Below, one piece after another: positions 37,962 to 49,400 of a stretch of DNA of 64,000 bases. The DNA is from Takakia lepidozioides (lineage: Eukaryota; Plantae; Bryophyta), in the NCBI GenBank assembly GCA_030704615.1, contig CM060731.1, forward strand, positions 14,508,001 to 14,572,000, written 5' to 3'. The notes under the pieces are model-generated. The model saw nothing but the letters and a program-made list of their open reading frames with translations, was not told the origin of the DNA and searched no databases. How positions within the stretch are numbered: position 1 is the first letter of the stretch; each line of letters begins with the position of its first letter. Both the position numbers and the translations under genes were made by a program.

Positions 37962-38699
37962 GAAATAAATTTTTTCTTCTCTATATGGCCCTTCTTGTTT
38001 GCATTGGGGGATCCTTTTTGCAATCTTCTTATGTCGCACTGAACCTCGAATGTCCAGTGGACGTTCTCGTCCTTTGTTTCTGGTTTGCTGGATTCTGGCC
38101 TGCTGTACGTCTTGGTCAACAAAGAATACCATGTGGGGGAGTTTCGCCTACATAACATATAGATCACAAGAACAAAATGGGCGGGCACGACCACTGGAGT
38201 CTTCAAATTCGGTCAAAGAGGTTTTTAACAACGGAAGAAAATAGCCCATTTCCAGTCCTTCTCTGAAACATTGGACTTGCTTTTCGCATAACCAATTCTC
38301 CCACTGAAGTCTCCCACTAGGAGGAGCCTTACTCAATCGTTGTTGACATACTTTTCAATTAGCCAGTCCTGAAGTTTTTTCTCTGAGGTTTTCCTCCATT
38401 TTCCCTCTAAGTTCTACGACTTTTCTGCACCAAATTTTCATTTCATTTCATTTTCATACTTCTCATCTTTGGCCCTGGTTTAAGAGGGAATTTCACATGT
38501 CATTTTCCGTTGTTCAAATTTTAAGCAATTTTTATTTCTCATCGTTTTTATTTGGTGGTCTGACTTTTTATCCTCTCCCATGTTTTCTTCAGATCCATTT
38601 TCTCCCATGACATCCAGGCGCTTCCCAAAAGTCGTTATATAACGTTGTTTTCTTTCCAAATCTCATAGTGTGTATTTTTTATTTTTTTATTTTTTTGGC

Positions 38700-40545
38700 A
38701 ATTTAGGATTTAGGATTGACATACCTTTTTTATAATACCTTGTTTTTTTTTGCTAGCATTACCCCTAACCCTTACCCTTTTCTGCAAATGGCCCATGAAC
38801 TATTCATACCATAACCATAACCATTATGGTTATTGAAATGTCTTCTCCCTTGCCATTTGCGCTAGCTTTTTCTTTTGTTTTGGATTGACATGCATTTAGG
38901 CATGTTACAGTTTGCTTTCTATGTTACATCTTAATACTAGGTCCAGGTTCCAACGACAAGTCTTTCATTTAAATACTTGTTCATAATATTAGGTTCTTCA
39001 TTTTTTTTTGCTTACTAGTACCCTACTAACAACACTAAGTTCTAGCGAAGTCTGGAGTTTTCCATAAGTATTTGTCTATTTTGTAACTTAAACCAAAACC
39101 CTAAACCCTTACTAGAAAACCCTAAACATTTACCCTTAACCCAATACCCCAGAACCCTTTCCCTTCCCTTTGCAAATGAGAATCAACTATCCATACCATA
39201 ACCATAACCATTTTAGTTATCCAAATCTCTTCAATGTAACCAAATTTCCATTTTGTACCATACTAACACACACTAAAGTTGTAGCGAGTGCGAGTCTTCC
39301 AGTATGTATGCTCACCATTTCTGCCTTCAACCCAAGCCCTAAACCCTCGTCGAAAACCCTAAGGAAAACCCTACGCCATTGTTACATGTAAACCCTTACC
39401 CTTCCCCTGCAACTGGGAATGAAGTATCCATACCATAACCATAACTATTTATGGTTATTCAAATCTCTTCGCCCTTCACTATGCGTAAGGTTTTGCCTTT
39501 GGTTTGGATTGACACGCACTTACCTTTTTTATCGAATTTTGCTTTCTATGTATCTTAATACCAGGTTCCAAGGACGAGTCTTTCATTTAAATACTTGTCC
39601 GATGCAATGACTACACTTCCATAATATTACGTTCTTCATTTCTATTTTGCTGAGTACTACAGGCTTACTAACAACACTAAGTTGTAGCGAGTGCGAGTCT
39701 TCCGGCATGTATGCTCACCGTTTCTGCCTTCAACCCAAACCCTAAACCCTCGTCGAGAACCCTAAACAAAACCCTACGCCATTGTTACGTCTAAACCCTT
39801 ACCCTTCTCCTGCAAATGGGAATGAAGTATCCATACCGTAACCATATGTATCTTAATACCAGGTTTGAAGGACGAATCCTCAATCTAAATACTTCTCCGG
39901 CCCAATGACTCTTCCATAATATTTGTTTTTCTATTTTTTATTTTATTTTTTATCCTACTAACACACACCAAGTTCTAGCGACTGTGAGTCTTCCATATTT
40001 GTTTGTCCAATAGTGTTCTTAAACCCAAACCGAAAACCCTACCTTTACCATCACCCCTAAACCATTAATCTTACCATAAACCAATAACTTTAGTGTACTA
40101 CCCTAGTTACACTCCAAACCAAGTTATTGTACTACCATGTTACCCTAAACCCTAAACCCTAAACCCTTCTCAATGTTTCATGCTCTTTTAATATTTTCTT
40201 TTGTTGGATAAGGTATGATAGAATGATTACAGGGATATCAAATTCCTCAACCATTTCTTAATTCTACCGAGTGTGAGTCCATCATATTTGTTTGTTTTTT
40301 TGTACCCTAAATCCAAACCCTAAACCCTTACCCTTACTGTAAACCCAAACCTTATTACACTTCTCTCTAGTTACACCCCAAACCTTATTGTACTACCCTA
40401 GTACCTCTTCCGAATGTTTCATGCTATTCTAATATTTTACTGCCTTGTCAGATCCAAAACATGATTCATTCCAATGGCGTGGTATGTGAACATTGTGCTT
40501 TATATGAAGATTCAATCAATAAAATTACTAGCAAGTTGTATCGAG
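38700..40545 (+). repeat. Degenerate subterminal tandem repeat (about 240-400-bp units) rich in AAACCCT telomere-like motifs
   Basis: ACTAAGTTSTAGCGAGTGYGAGTCTTCC-type anchors recur near 39030, 39265, 39670, 39960 and 40260, each followed by AAACCCTAAACCCT-like tracts. Confidence 0.75.
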
Positions 40546-40868
40546 TATGGTAGAGTACGAGTTTGGCCCATGTTCGATGCGACCCATTTGTTTATCATGA
40601 TCCTGCAATGGAATTTTACTTTATTCGACTTCCAAGTGGACGTTCAATGAATTGTTCAATACTGTTACTTCACATTGAGCACTTCAATGTCAAATGGACC
40701 TCTTATATGACACATTTTGAAACAAGTATGACATCACCTGAAATTTCACAAAGTTCAATCACACATTACACCATAATATTATTAATATTTCAATTAATTT
40801 TAATACAAATATATATTAAGTTTAGTCCGGATTTAAGCCAAAAGTCCAGAATTAATTAAAATAGTGTT

Positions 40869-41314
40869 AATACATTGCGAGCCTCAATGGACATCCTCAC
40901 ATAAAAGATCTCCAATTTACTGTCTGCAACTTGCCCGCACTGCAAAGCTAAAATAACCGCTGCCCTTCGATGATAATCCCCTCGTAGCTTAATTGAGATA
41001 CAAATTGTAGCATACAGGGCCTCAGACAAGAGCCTATAGCCCCTCCGTTGATTGAGAATACATTGTTGGACAATCGGTTGCAGAGTAAGTCTTGCCATAG
41101 CACGATCAATAGCCCATGTTAAGCCAGATGGAACTCGAGCTTGTAATTGATAAGTAATTGTCGCTGGTAACAGAAATTCATGGCAGCCGAGTACTCTAGA
41201 GTTTCATGGAATAAGACTAGTACCTTACTGACAAACCTCGTCTCACTGACGTCTTTAGTTTCCGGGTAGGCAAAGGTCCATATTCAATACATGCCTTCTC
41301 CCATTCTTGTCGGC
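40869..41314 (-). pseudogene. hAT transposase pseudogene, upstream part (continues into 6543)
   Basis: RQEWEKACIE...RKLKT and LQPIVQQCILNQRRGYRLLSEAL...EARNVL join in frame to QPFL at 6539. Confidence 0.85.
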
Positions 41315-43377
41315 TGTCATGGTTTTAGTCATGGCTATCTAGAATTACCTACTTCTAGTTAACTATGACATTTTAGATACACTCCGACTGTATCCCTTGT
41401 CTGAAAATCCTGCCGACACACGCCTTTAACCCACAGTGGCTCTTCGGGAAGGCTTTGAGTTTTTGCAAGGCTTTAGAAAGTGCTGGGTGACGGCTAGGGG
41501 GGAGTCCAAATGTTGAAATATGGTGCGTGGGTGTATGATTAGTAGGTGGGTCTTGCGGGAAGAAGGTGTGAAGTGGTCGAAGATATGGCAGTAGTTGTGC
41601 ATCGGGGACATGGTGTTGGCTGAAAGTAAAGTGCATATCTGTCTTGTGCATCTGTGGGAAGTTTCCCGATAATATCGCTGATAGAGGGCCTGGGGTTTGG
41701 GTGTATGTTGCCACATCTTAATAATAATACGGTTAAGCAAGTTTATATTTATATTTTGTGTGTTGGGACTTTATTTGGTCTCACATGCCAAGTGAGGTGT
41801 CGAGCCTCACTTGGGACATGAGGATAGGATTTCCTCTTGTGAAGATGGAGGAGGCTCATCTTCTTGTAGTTGAGCCTCTCTCACCTCCATAGCTCTAGGT
41901 ATTGAGAGGGAGTATGGTGAGTGCTTTGTAGGGTGGATTCCCTTAGCAAGGGTGCCATTGGCTTGACTTAGTTTATGTGATTGAGTGGATTCATGAGTGG
42001 AGGATTTCCATTATGTTCATTTTCATTATCACTACAAGAAGATGACTTTATGCTTGTGAGTGCGGAGTGTAAGGATTAGCTTAGCACTTGTGTTGGTGTA
42101 CATCAAGGAGGTGGAGAGCTCAAGGAGAGAGCTCTTGGGTTACAAGACTTTGCAAGTATTGCAGGGAAAAAGTCTTGTGCGTGTGGAAGCAAAAGGTTTG
42201 AAAGTTTGAGAAGAAGGAACGCCATCTCTTGTATCTCAAGTGTTGTGACAATCATTTGCCAAGGAAGTGGCTTCTATGGTGAAAAGAATGCATTGAGGGT
42301 TTGTAGAAGCATTATTGTGTACCAAGGGTTTGAGAGCTTGGAAAAGAGTTCTTGCATCACAAGAGAAGCGTCTTGTGTGTGGAGAAGATAGACACTAAGG
42401 TTTCAAGAGCAAGCTCTAGTTGTTCATGGTGTGAAAGAGAAGCCAAAGAGCGGCACATGCTTGGGTTAGAAACACCATAGAAGGAGTACAACAATGATAG
42501 CTTGAGGAGCATTGAGTAGCTCAAGAGAAGCTAAGAAGTGGTTGTTTTATCCATGGTGAAATGAAGCCAAATGTGGTTTCATTTGGTTGACAAACAAGCA
42601 AGCTAAAGCGCTAGAAGGGAGTGCTTTTGCTAGTTCTATGAGTTCTTGGATTGCTCTTGGTGAAGCAAGTGGTTGACCAACCAAGTGGCGCATATGTGGA
42701 GCATGCTTTCCAAGTGCGGCTTCCAACTTCAAGCTTGAGGAGAGCTAGAAGGTGAAGGGAACAAGTTCATTCCTTTGTGTATGAGGTGATGCTTATGTGG
42801 AGCATGTTTTCAGCCCATTGAGGCTTCTATTTTCAAGCCTTGGAGAGCAAGAAGAAAAGAAAAGGGCTAGTTTCCACTTAGGTGAAGGAAAAGCACTTGT
42901 AGAGCACATGTTTGAGTTGGGGTTCCAACTTAAGCTTGAGGAGAGTACAACTCTTGAGCTAGCAAGTGAAGGGACTTGAATCTTCTTCTTTGCATGAGAT
43001 GGAGATGTATTGATGCTTGGAGAAGAAACACATAGAGGCCAAGAGTGGAGCATGTGTGTGGATGGCCAAAGAAGAGCACATGAATGAGTGCAAGACTTGG
43101 TTGATTGTCAAATGAGGTAAAAAAAAACTTGATTCTTGAGCTCCAAAGAGAAGTGAAGCTTGTTGTGTGGCAAATGCATTGCTAGGTGAGATGGAACCAA
43201 GCTTGGTTGTGGCTTGAGGTGAAGAAGATCAAGCTAGTTTGCCTTGGTATCTCATAGAAGTCATGGATGCTTGAGGAGAGCAAGCATTAAGCTCAAGGAA
43301 GCCCAAGCTTGGAATGCACAAACCCTAGCATGGGATGCATAAATCTTAGCATGAGGTGCACATGAAAACCTAGGTTC

Positions 43378-43494
43378 ATGGGAACAGTCACCAAAGTGTG
43401 GGAACGGTCACCGTAGTTTGGGAACCGTCACAAGAGTCTGGGAACCGTCACCGTAGTATGGGAATGGTCACTATAGGTTGGGAACATAGTGACA
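43378..43494 (+). repeat. 20-bp tandem repeat, about 5.5 copies
   Basis: Unit TGGGAACCGTCACCGTAGTN. Confidence 0.8.
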
Positions 43495-43631
43495 TATAAA
43501 GACAATATAGGGTTTTTGGAGGATTTTCAAGGGCCTTTTGGAGGATTGTTTGGGAGATCTTTGGGGTCATTTGAGGAGCTTTTGTAAGGCACTTTGAAGA
43601 GCTCTTGAAGAGGTATTTGGATGACTGTTTG

Positions 43632-43900
43632 GAGGACTATTTGCGGTCCTTGAAGGCCAAGTTTTGGCAAGTTTTTGGAGCATTTGGAAGGCTATGTGGA
43701 GGACCATTTGGGGTCTTTGAAGGCCAATATTTGGCAAGTTTTTGGAGCCTTTGGAAGGCTGTTTGAAGGGCTGTTTGGGGTCCTTGGAGGCCGATATTTG
43801 GCGAGCTTGAGGAGTCTTTGGCGACTTGTTGAAGGACTATTTGGGGTCCTTGAGGGCCGAGATTTGGCAAGCTCTTGGGGCCTTGGTGTACTGTTTGGAG
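43632..43900 (+). repeat. About 66-bp degenerate tandem repeat, 4 or more copies
   Basis: Unit GRAGGACTATTTGGGGTCCTTGAAGGCCRATATTTGGCAAG... Confidence 0.7.
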
Positions 43901-45477
43901 TACCATTGTGCAAGCTTTGGGAGCCTTGGTGAGATTGTTTGAGGGACATCTTGAGGACTCTTAGAGAGTTATTTGAGAGATCTTTGAAAGGTCTTGTCCA
44001 TTGCTTAAGTAAAAGATTGTGGAGATAGGGTAGTGGGATGAGAGCATGCTGTGATAGGAATTGCTTTAGTCTCTCTTCCTTGAAGTCTTCCACCCTCTCT
44101 GTAGGTCAAAACCTTTCCGTAATTGGAGGCAAGAGTGAGTCCGGGTTTGGGCTGGGGTGTCTTGCAGAAGCGACACTGTGGAGTGTTTTTGGTGGGGGGG
44201 AGTTGTTGTTTTGATTTTCTTGTGTTTAGATCCCCTTGACTGTGCGCCATGTAAGCTTTGTGTGGGCGCTTGTTTTCATAGGAGGTTGGTCCGGATTTGA
44301 TCACCGGCCAATCCTATAGCATGTTGTCGATGGTGAGGCTGGGGTGATGACCAGTCAGACCATCATTGTTTCTCCTGTGGTGAGGTTGGGGTGATGACCA
44401 GCCAACCATAGGAGTGCTTGCGGTGGATGCAGGTGCAAGTACAGGTTTACGTTACAAACCTAGTAGTCTAAGCCATAAGCCGCAACAGGTTCTCTACCCG
44501 GTTACCTTGTGAAAAGGGGGATTAAAGACAGGTTTACAACTGGCGTGGTTGTGAGTTTTCATCACGGAGGTGCCACTAGTTGCTGAGGGGAGTGCCGGTA
44601 CAAGCACCAATGATACTAGTGGGTATACAAGACGAGGTGTGCGGTTTAGGCCACCTTCACCTTCAGTGTCTTCTGAGGAAAGTTTAGACTCAGAGTTAAG
44701 AGGATTCTCGCCAAGGGTGCAAGCCATTTCCGTGCCATTGTTATGGGATCGATGGAGGAAATGTATGGAGCTACCAAGGGGCCACGTCGGTACTCTGGAG
44801 CTGTGGGCACCATCGAGTTTGATAGGAGTTTGATAGTTGGCGTGATTTGCAGCTGATGCGCAATCCACAACTGTTTACGCCTTTTATGGCGTGGAAGGGT
44901 TGTTTCAGCACCTTGAGGGGCCGCCCATAGATGACTACCATGAGTTTAGGCGTGGACATGAGGTGGAGATTGAGGAATGACGGGTGTATTGGTCACTTGA
45001 CTATGTTTCCATCACTAGAGGCACAAGGGTAGTGGTGACACCGGCAGCTACACCGGCAGCTTCTGCAAGCAGCAGTGGGATGACAAGTGGAACATGAGCT
45101 GGGAAGTCCACCCAAGCTCATGTTGTAGCACCAACACCCATACCTGCCTTTAACCCAGTTGTGGAGTTCTTCGAGGAGTTGAGGAGAAACTACCAAGGGA
45201 TAAGGACAGAGAAGTTGCAGAGCTTGCAAGAGTTCCAACGGAGGCCTACTGAGAGTTTGAGGGAGGCTTACACGCGCATGAGGCGCTTGATAAATGTATC
45301 CCAAGGGGTTATGAAAGCTCAGGCAGTCCAATTCTGGTATGGGATATTGGACAAGGAGCTAATGAGAAGGGTGCGGGATGCAACTCTCCTACAAGTGGAC
45401 CAACCCACCTTAGCAAATGTGTTTTTGCTGGCAGAGCGGATAGAGCTCAATATGGTGGAGGAGCGAGTGGTTACACT

Positions 45478-46469
45478 ATGTATCTGTGCACAGCTCTTGA
45501 CAAGAAGTATTTACAGCAGATAATAAATTGTGAAACGGTAGCCTCAATGTGGTGCAGACTAGTCACAATTCATGAGCAAAGAACGAGTGAGAACATTCAT
45601 GTGTTGCAGCAAAGATTTTTTGATTATAGGATGAAAGATGGAGACGACATCGCAACACATGTTAGTGCCATAGAGTCCATGGCATCTCAGCTCAATGATC
45701 TAGGTGAAAGAACCACCAACAAGGCCATTATTACAAAAGTAATATGCAGTCTCCCGTCAAGCTACAAACACTTGTTATCGGCCTGGGACAACGTTCCTCA
45801 AGAACAACAGACACTTGAGAATTTGGAAGGGCGACTCTCTCAAGGAGGAGTCTATGATGAAGATGAGAGGTAATAATGATGAGACAAGTGACAAAGCATT
45901 TTTCTCAAGCCATAGAGGACAAGGAAACAGTTGGAGAGAACAAGGAAGCAGTGGAAGCAGCGGAAGTAGACAATCTCTGACATATGAACAGCGCTAGTAA
46001 CATAGAGAGAAAATAGTAAGTTGAAAAAGAGAACTACATGCAACTGTTGTGGGAAGGTTGGACATTGGGAGAGAGAATGTGAAGTAAAGAAAAAGAGAGA
46101 TCAAGAAGCAGAGTTGCAGTTCAACAAGAAACTTAGAACAACAACATTTTCTGTGAGCTCGATAGCATACACAGTCACATCTGATAGAAGTGAATAAAAA
46201 GAAAGTTTGAATCACAAGGAGAAGTCTAATACAGCTTTCATGACCACATTTGAGCCGTGTGTCATAGAGAAGGAGCTATGCATTACAGATGATGATGTGT
46301 GGTGTGCCGATGGAAGGGCTACAGAACACATGATGGACAAACGCCACTGGTTCCGAAATCTTAAACCTATTCCAGATAAGGAGTGGCCGGTACAAGTTGC
46401 AGATGATCGATATGTATATGTTGCTGGAGTCGGAGACATTCATATCTATTTATACGTGAACATGGTAAC
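45478..46469 (+). pseudogene. Ty1/copia element A fragment (gag, zinc knuckle, protease start)
   Basis: LQQRFFDYRMKDGDDIATHV...KVICSLPSSY, CNCCGKVGHWEREC, WCADGRATEHM...VAGVGDI; continues inverted at 51950-51880. Confidence 0.85.
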
Positions 46470-49400
46470 ACTACTTTTAATGATGATGCGGTCATAGTTA
46501 AGATTCTAGCTGCTAAGTTGCCTGCTGGCTATGACAGTCTTCTTTTGGCCTGGGAAGTCACTCCCGTAGAAGAAAGAACCCTTGACACCCTCACTATGAG
46601 ATTGTTGACAGTTGAGTCTAGACTCAAGCAGCGAAACATCCATAGCTGTATACGTAGCAGCGGCAGCTTCATCCGGTTCTGGTAGTAACCAAGACTCCTC
46701 TTCTACATCGGATGGGGCATTCAAGTATACCAAAGAAGAGAGAGTCTGGCGTCATAAAGAAATTAACGACAAGGAGAAGAACACTAAGTGTTGGAAGTGC
46801 GGCATGACCGGCCATTGGGGCAAGGAGTGTCAGACTGATTCGGCAGAGCAAGAAGCCTACCAAGCAGCTCAGAGGGAGCTCAAGACTGCTTCAGAACTAC
46901 CCAAGGCATCCAAGAATCAGTTCGGAGCATACAAAGCGTTCATGGCCAGCTCTTCCAAGACTTCCACAACACATTCTTACTGGTATGTCGATAGTGGCAG
47001 TACTGATCACATGTGCCAAGAGCGTTCTTTCTTTTCTACCTACCAAGACATCTCTGTAGAGAAACGGCCTGTCATGGGTATCGGTGGAGTCACATTGTAT
47101 GCAACAGGCATAGGGGATATTGTAATCAAGATTTGGTGCAAGGGCAATCACATATTTGGAGTACTCAAAGGAGTTGTCCATGTACCAGGCCTTGGTCGCA
47201 ACCTATTCTCGTCCTATGTTGCTACTCAAAAGAAAATGTACACCCTGCATATGCAAAACGGTTGCCAAGTTTTAGAAGCAGGGCAAGTTGTCACGACTGG
47301 CGTCATCCATCGAAGAATGTATTGGTTACTTTTCAAAGTTGTGTCACCAGCTTCATCAAAAGTACATATTGTGCCTACAATCCAACCAGCTTCAGCTTGC
47401 CAAGCTCTAGCCGCAGCCTCCTTTAATCCTGCAACGAAGAAGGAAAGTACCCAGACCATCAACGGATGGCATCGTCAGCTTGCACATGTTAACCTACATT
47501 CAACCATCCGAGCAATGGCGTCGCATGGCCTAGTAGATGGTCTCATTCTTCATACCACCGATCACAAGTTTTGTGAAGGCTGCACTTATGGCAAGCAGCA
47601 CCGAACAACATTCTACTGGGACGATCCTCGACAGAAGACGACAGCCCCAGGTGATCTCATCCACACAGATCTCTGCGGGCCACTCAATATTGCATCTGTC
47701 GGGGGTTCACTCTACTTCGTTCTCTTAAAAAATGATTGTACTGGATCTCGAGTAATCGAATGCATCAAGCACAAACCTGATTCTCTTGCGAGTTTCAAGC
47801 GATTTGTCTCACAACTACGAAGAGAAACAAGTCATACAGTACAGATTGTCCGCAGCGACCGCGGAGCAGAGTGTACCAGTCAAGCTTTCACAGATTATCT
47901 CGACCAGCAAGAGATCAAGCAGGAGCTCACTGCTCTCTACACGCCTGAACAAAATGGTGTTTCAGAGCGTGATAATCGCACGATCATAGAAGCGGCCAGA
48001 AGCATGTTGTATGCGGCCAATGACCACATTCATTTTTGGGGAGAAGCAGTGCATATTGCAGTCTACATTCTCAACCAAACTGGAACAAGGACACTTGTTG
48101 GGCGAACTCCATATGAGGCATGGTTTGGCATAAAGCCATCAGTTTCACATGTTCAAATATTTGGATCCGATGCTTATGTACACATGCCGAAGGAATTGTG
48201 GCACAAGCTATCTCCTAAGTCGAAGAAGGGGGTGTTCATGGGTTACTCCAGTACGAGTAAAGCATATCGCATCTGGTTCAATGATACCAGACGGATTGAG
48301 GAGAGTTGAGACATTCTGTTTGACTAAGATCTTGCAAGACTTCCAACAGAAGCACAAACTAGAGGGGAATCGATCTGGTTAGAAGAGCTTACGCAACCAC
48401 TTGGCAACATAGGTCCTCTGCAAGCGCCTCCATGGTTAGTGGGAGCCGCACAAGGAGCCCCAGGCATTCAGCCAGTGGGAGTACTTGTACCTCAAGGACA
48501 GGCCCAACCAGCAGTTGCATTGAACCTCGTAGAATCTCAAGAGGTGGTAAGCAGCCCCTCATCCCAAGCTTATCAAAGAGCGGCTCTGGCGAAGGAAACG
48601 TTGGTGGAACCCAGTCTTCTGACCACAACAGTTCAGGAAGCGAAGGTAGCGATTCACATGAGGCTGATCTAAGAGAGTGGGAGGACGTACAGATCGACCT
48701 ATTACATAAGCCAGAGGTTTATTCCCCGTTGTAAGAGGAAGAACAGCCCATACTGTATCAGCAGCCCGATGGCAACCAACAGCTACCAGAGCGACAAGCT
48801 CGAGCCCGCAATCCTCCGACATGATATGGAGACTGGATTTATCTAGAGCATCGCAACTCGTATGCCTGCATGGCACACTTCGAGGAGCAGTATACACCAG
48901 ACGAGCCCAACTCTTTTGAGCAAGCCATGAGCTCACCTGAGAAGGAAGATTGACAACTAGCCATGAGAGCGGAATATGATTCCTTGATGAGCAATGGCAC
49001 GTGGGAACTAGAATCTCTACCCCTTGGCAGGAAGACAGTAAAGTGCAAATGGATCTACAAGCTTAAGCTTGCAGCAGATGGTACAGTCAACCGTTTTAAA
49101 GCCAAGCTGGTGGCTAAGGGATTTACCGAGCGTGAGGGAATAGACTACAATGAGACCTTTAGTCCTGTAGTCAAATTTGACTCGATCCGCACCATATTGT
49201 CTATTGCTGCAGCCGAGGATATGGAGATCACACAGTTTGACGTTTGTACCACATTCTTATACGGGGAAATCGATGAGGTGATAATTATGGACCAGCCTAT
49301 CGGTCTCGAAGACCCGCTACAGCCAGACAAGGTTTGCCGTCTCAAGAAGGCCATATACGGTTTAAAGCAATCATCAAGAATTTGGAACCAGAAGTTCAAT

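Larger units (their letters stand above)
6544..40868 (+). mobile_element. Giant TIR DNA transposon, Sola1-like (34.3 kb with nested inserts, about 17.4 kb native)
   Basis: TIR AACACTATTTTAACTAATTCTGGACTTTTG (6544-6573) vs CAAAAGTCCAGAATTAATTAAAATAGTGTT (40839-40868), 1 mismatch. 4-bp TSD AATA (6540-6543, 40869-40872). Removing it restores the hAT frame EARNVLQPFL. Sola1 assignment rests on the 4-bp AT-rich TSD plus transposase motifs. Confidence 0.85.
41315..45477. mobile_element. Decayed gypsy-like LTR retrotransposon remnants (LTR-like DNA, tandem repeats, gag fragment); boundaries approximate
   Basis: Interrupts the hAT frame at TGTCATGG (41315). Gag-like FFEELRRNYQG...FQRRPTESLREAYTRMRRLI...AERIE at 45161-45477. 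No matching TSD found. Confidence 0.55.

Noticed and set aside
6546-40866. Calling the giant element CACTA because of CACTA...TAGTG
   Set aside because: The 3-bp flanks differ (AAA vs TTA). Extending the TIR by 2 bp gives a 4-bp AATA TSD that restores the hAT frame, and the transposase is not Tnp2-like.
41315-43494. Solo LTR TGTCA...TGACA
   Set aside because: Flanks (TCGGC vs TATAA) are not a TSD; boundaries unresolved.
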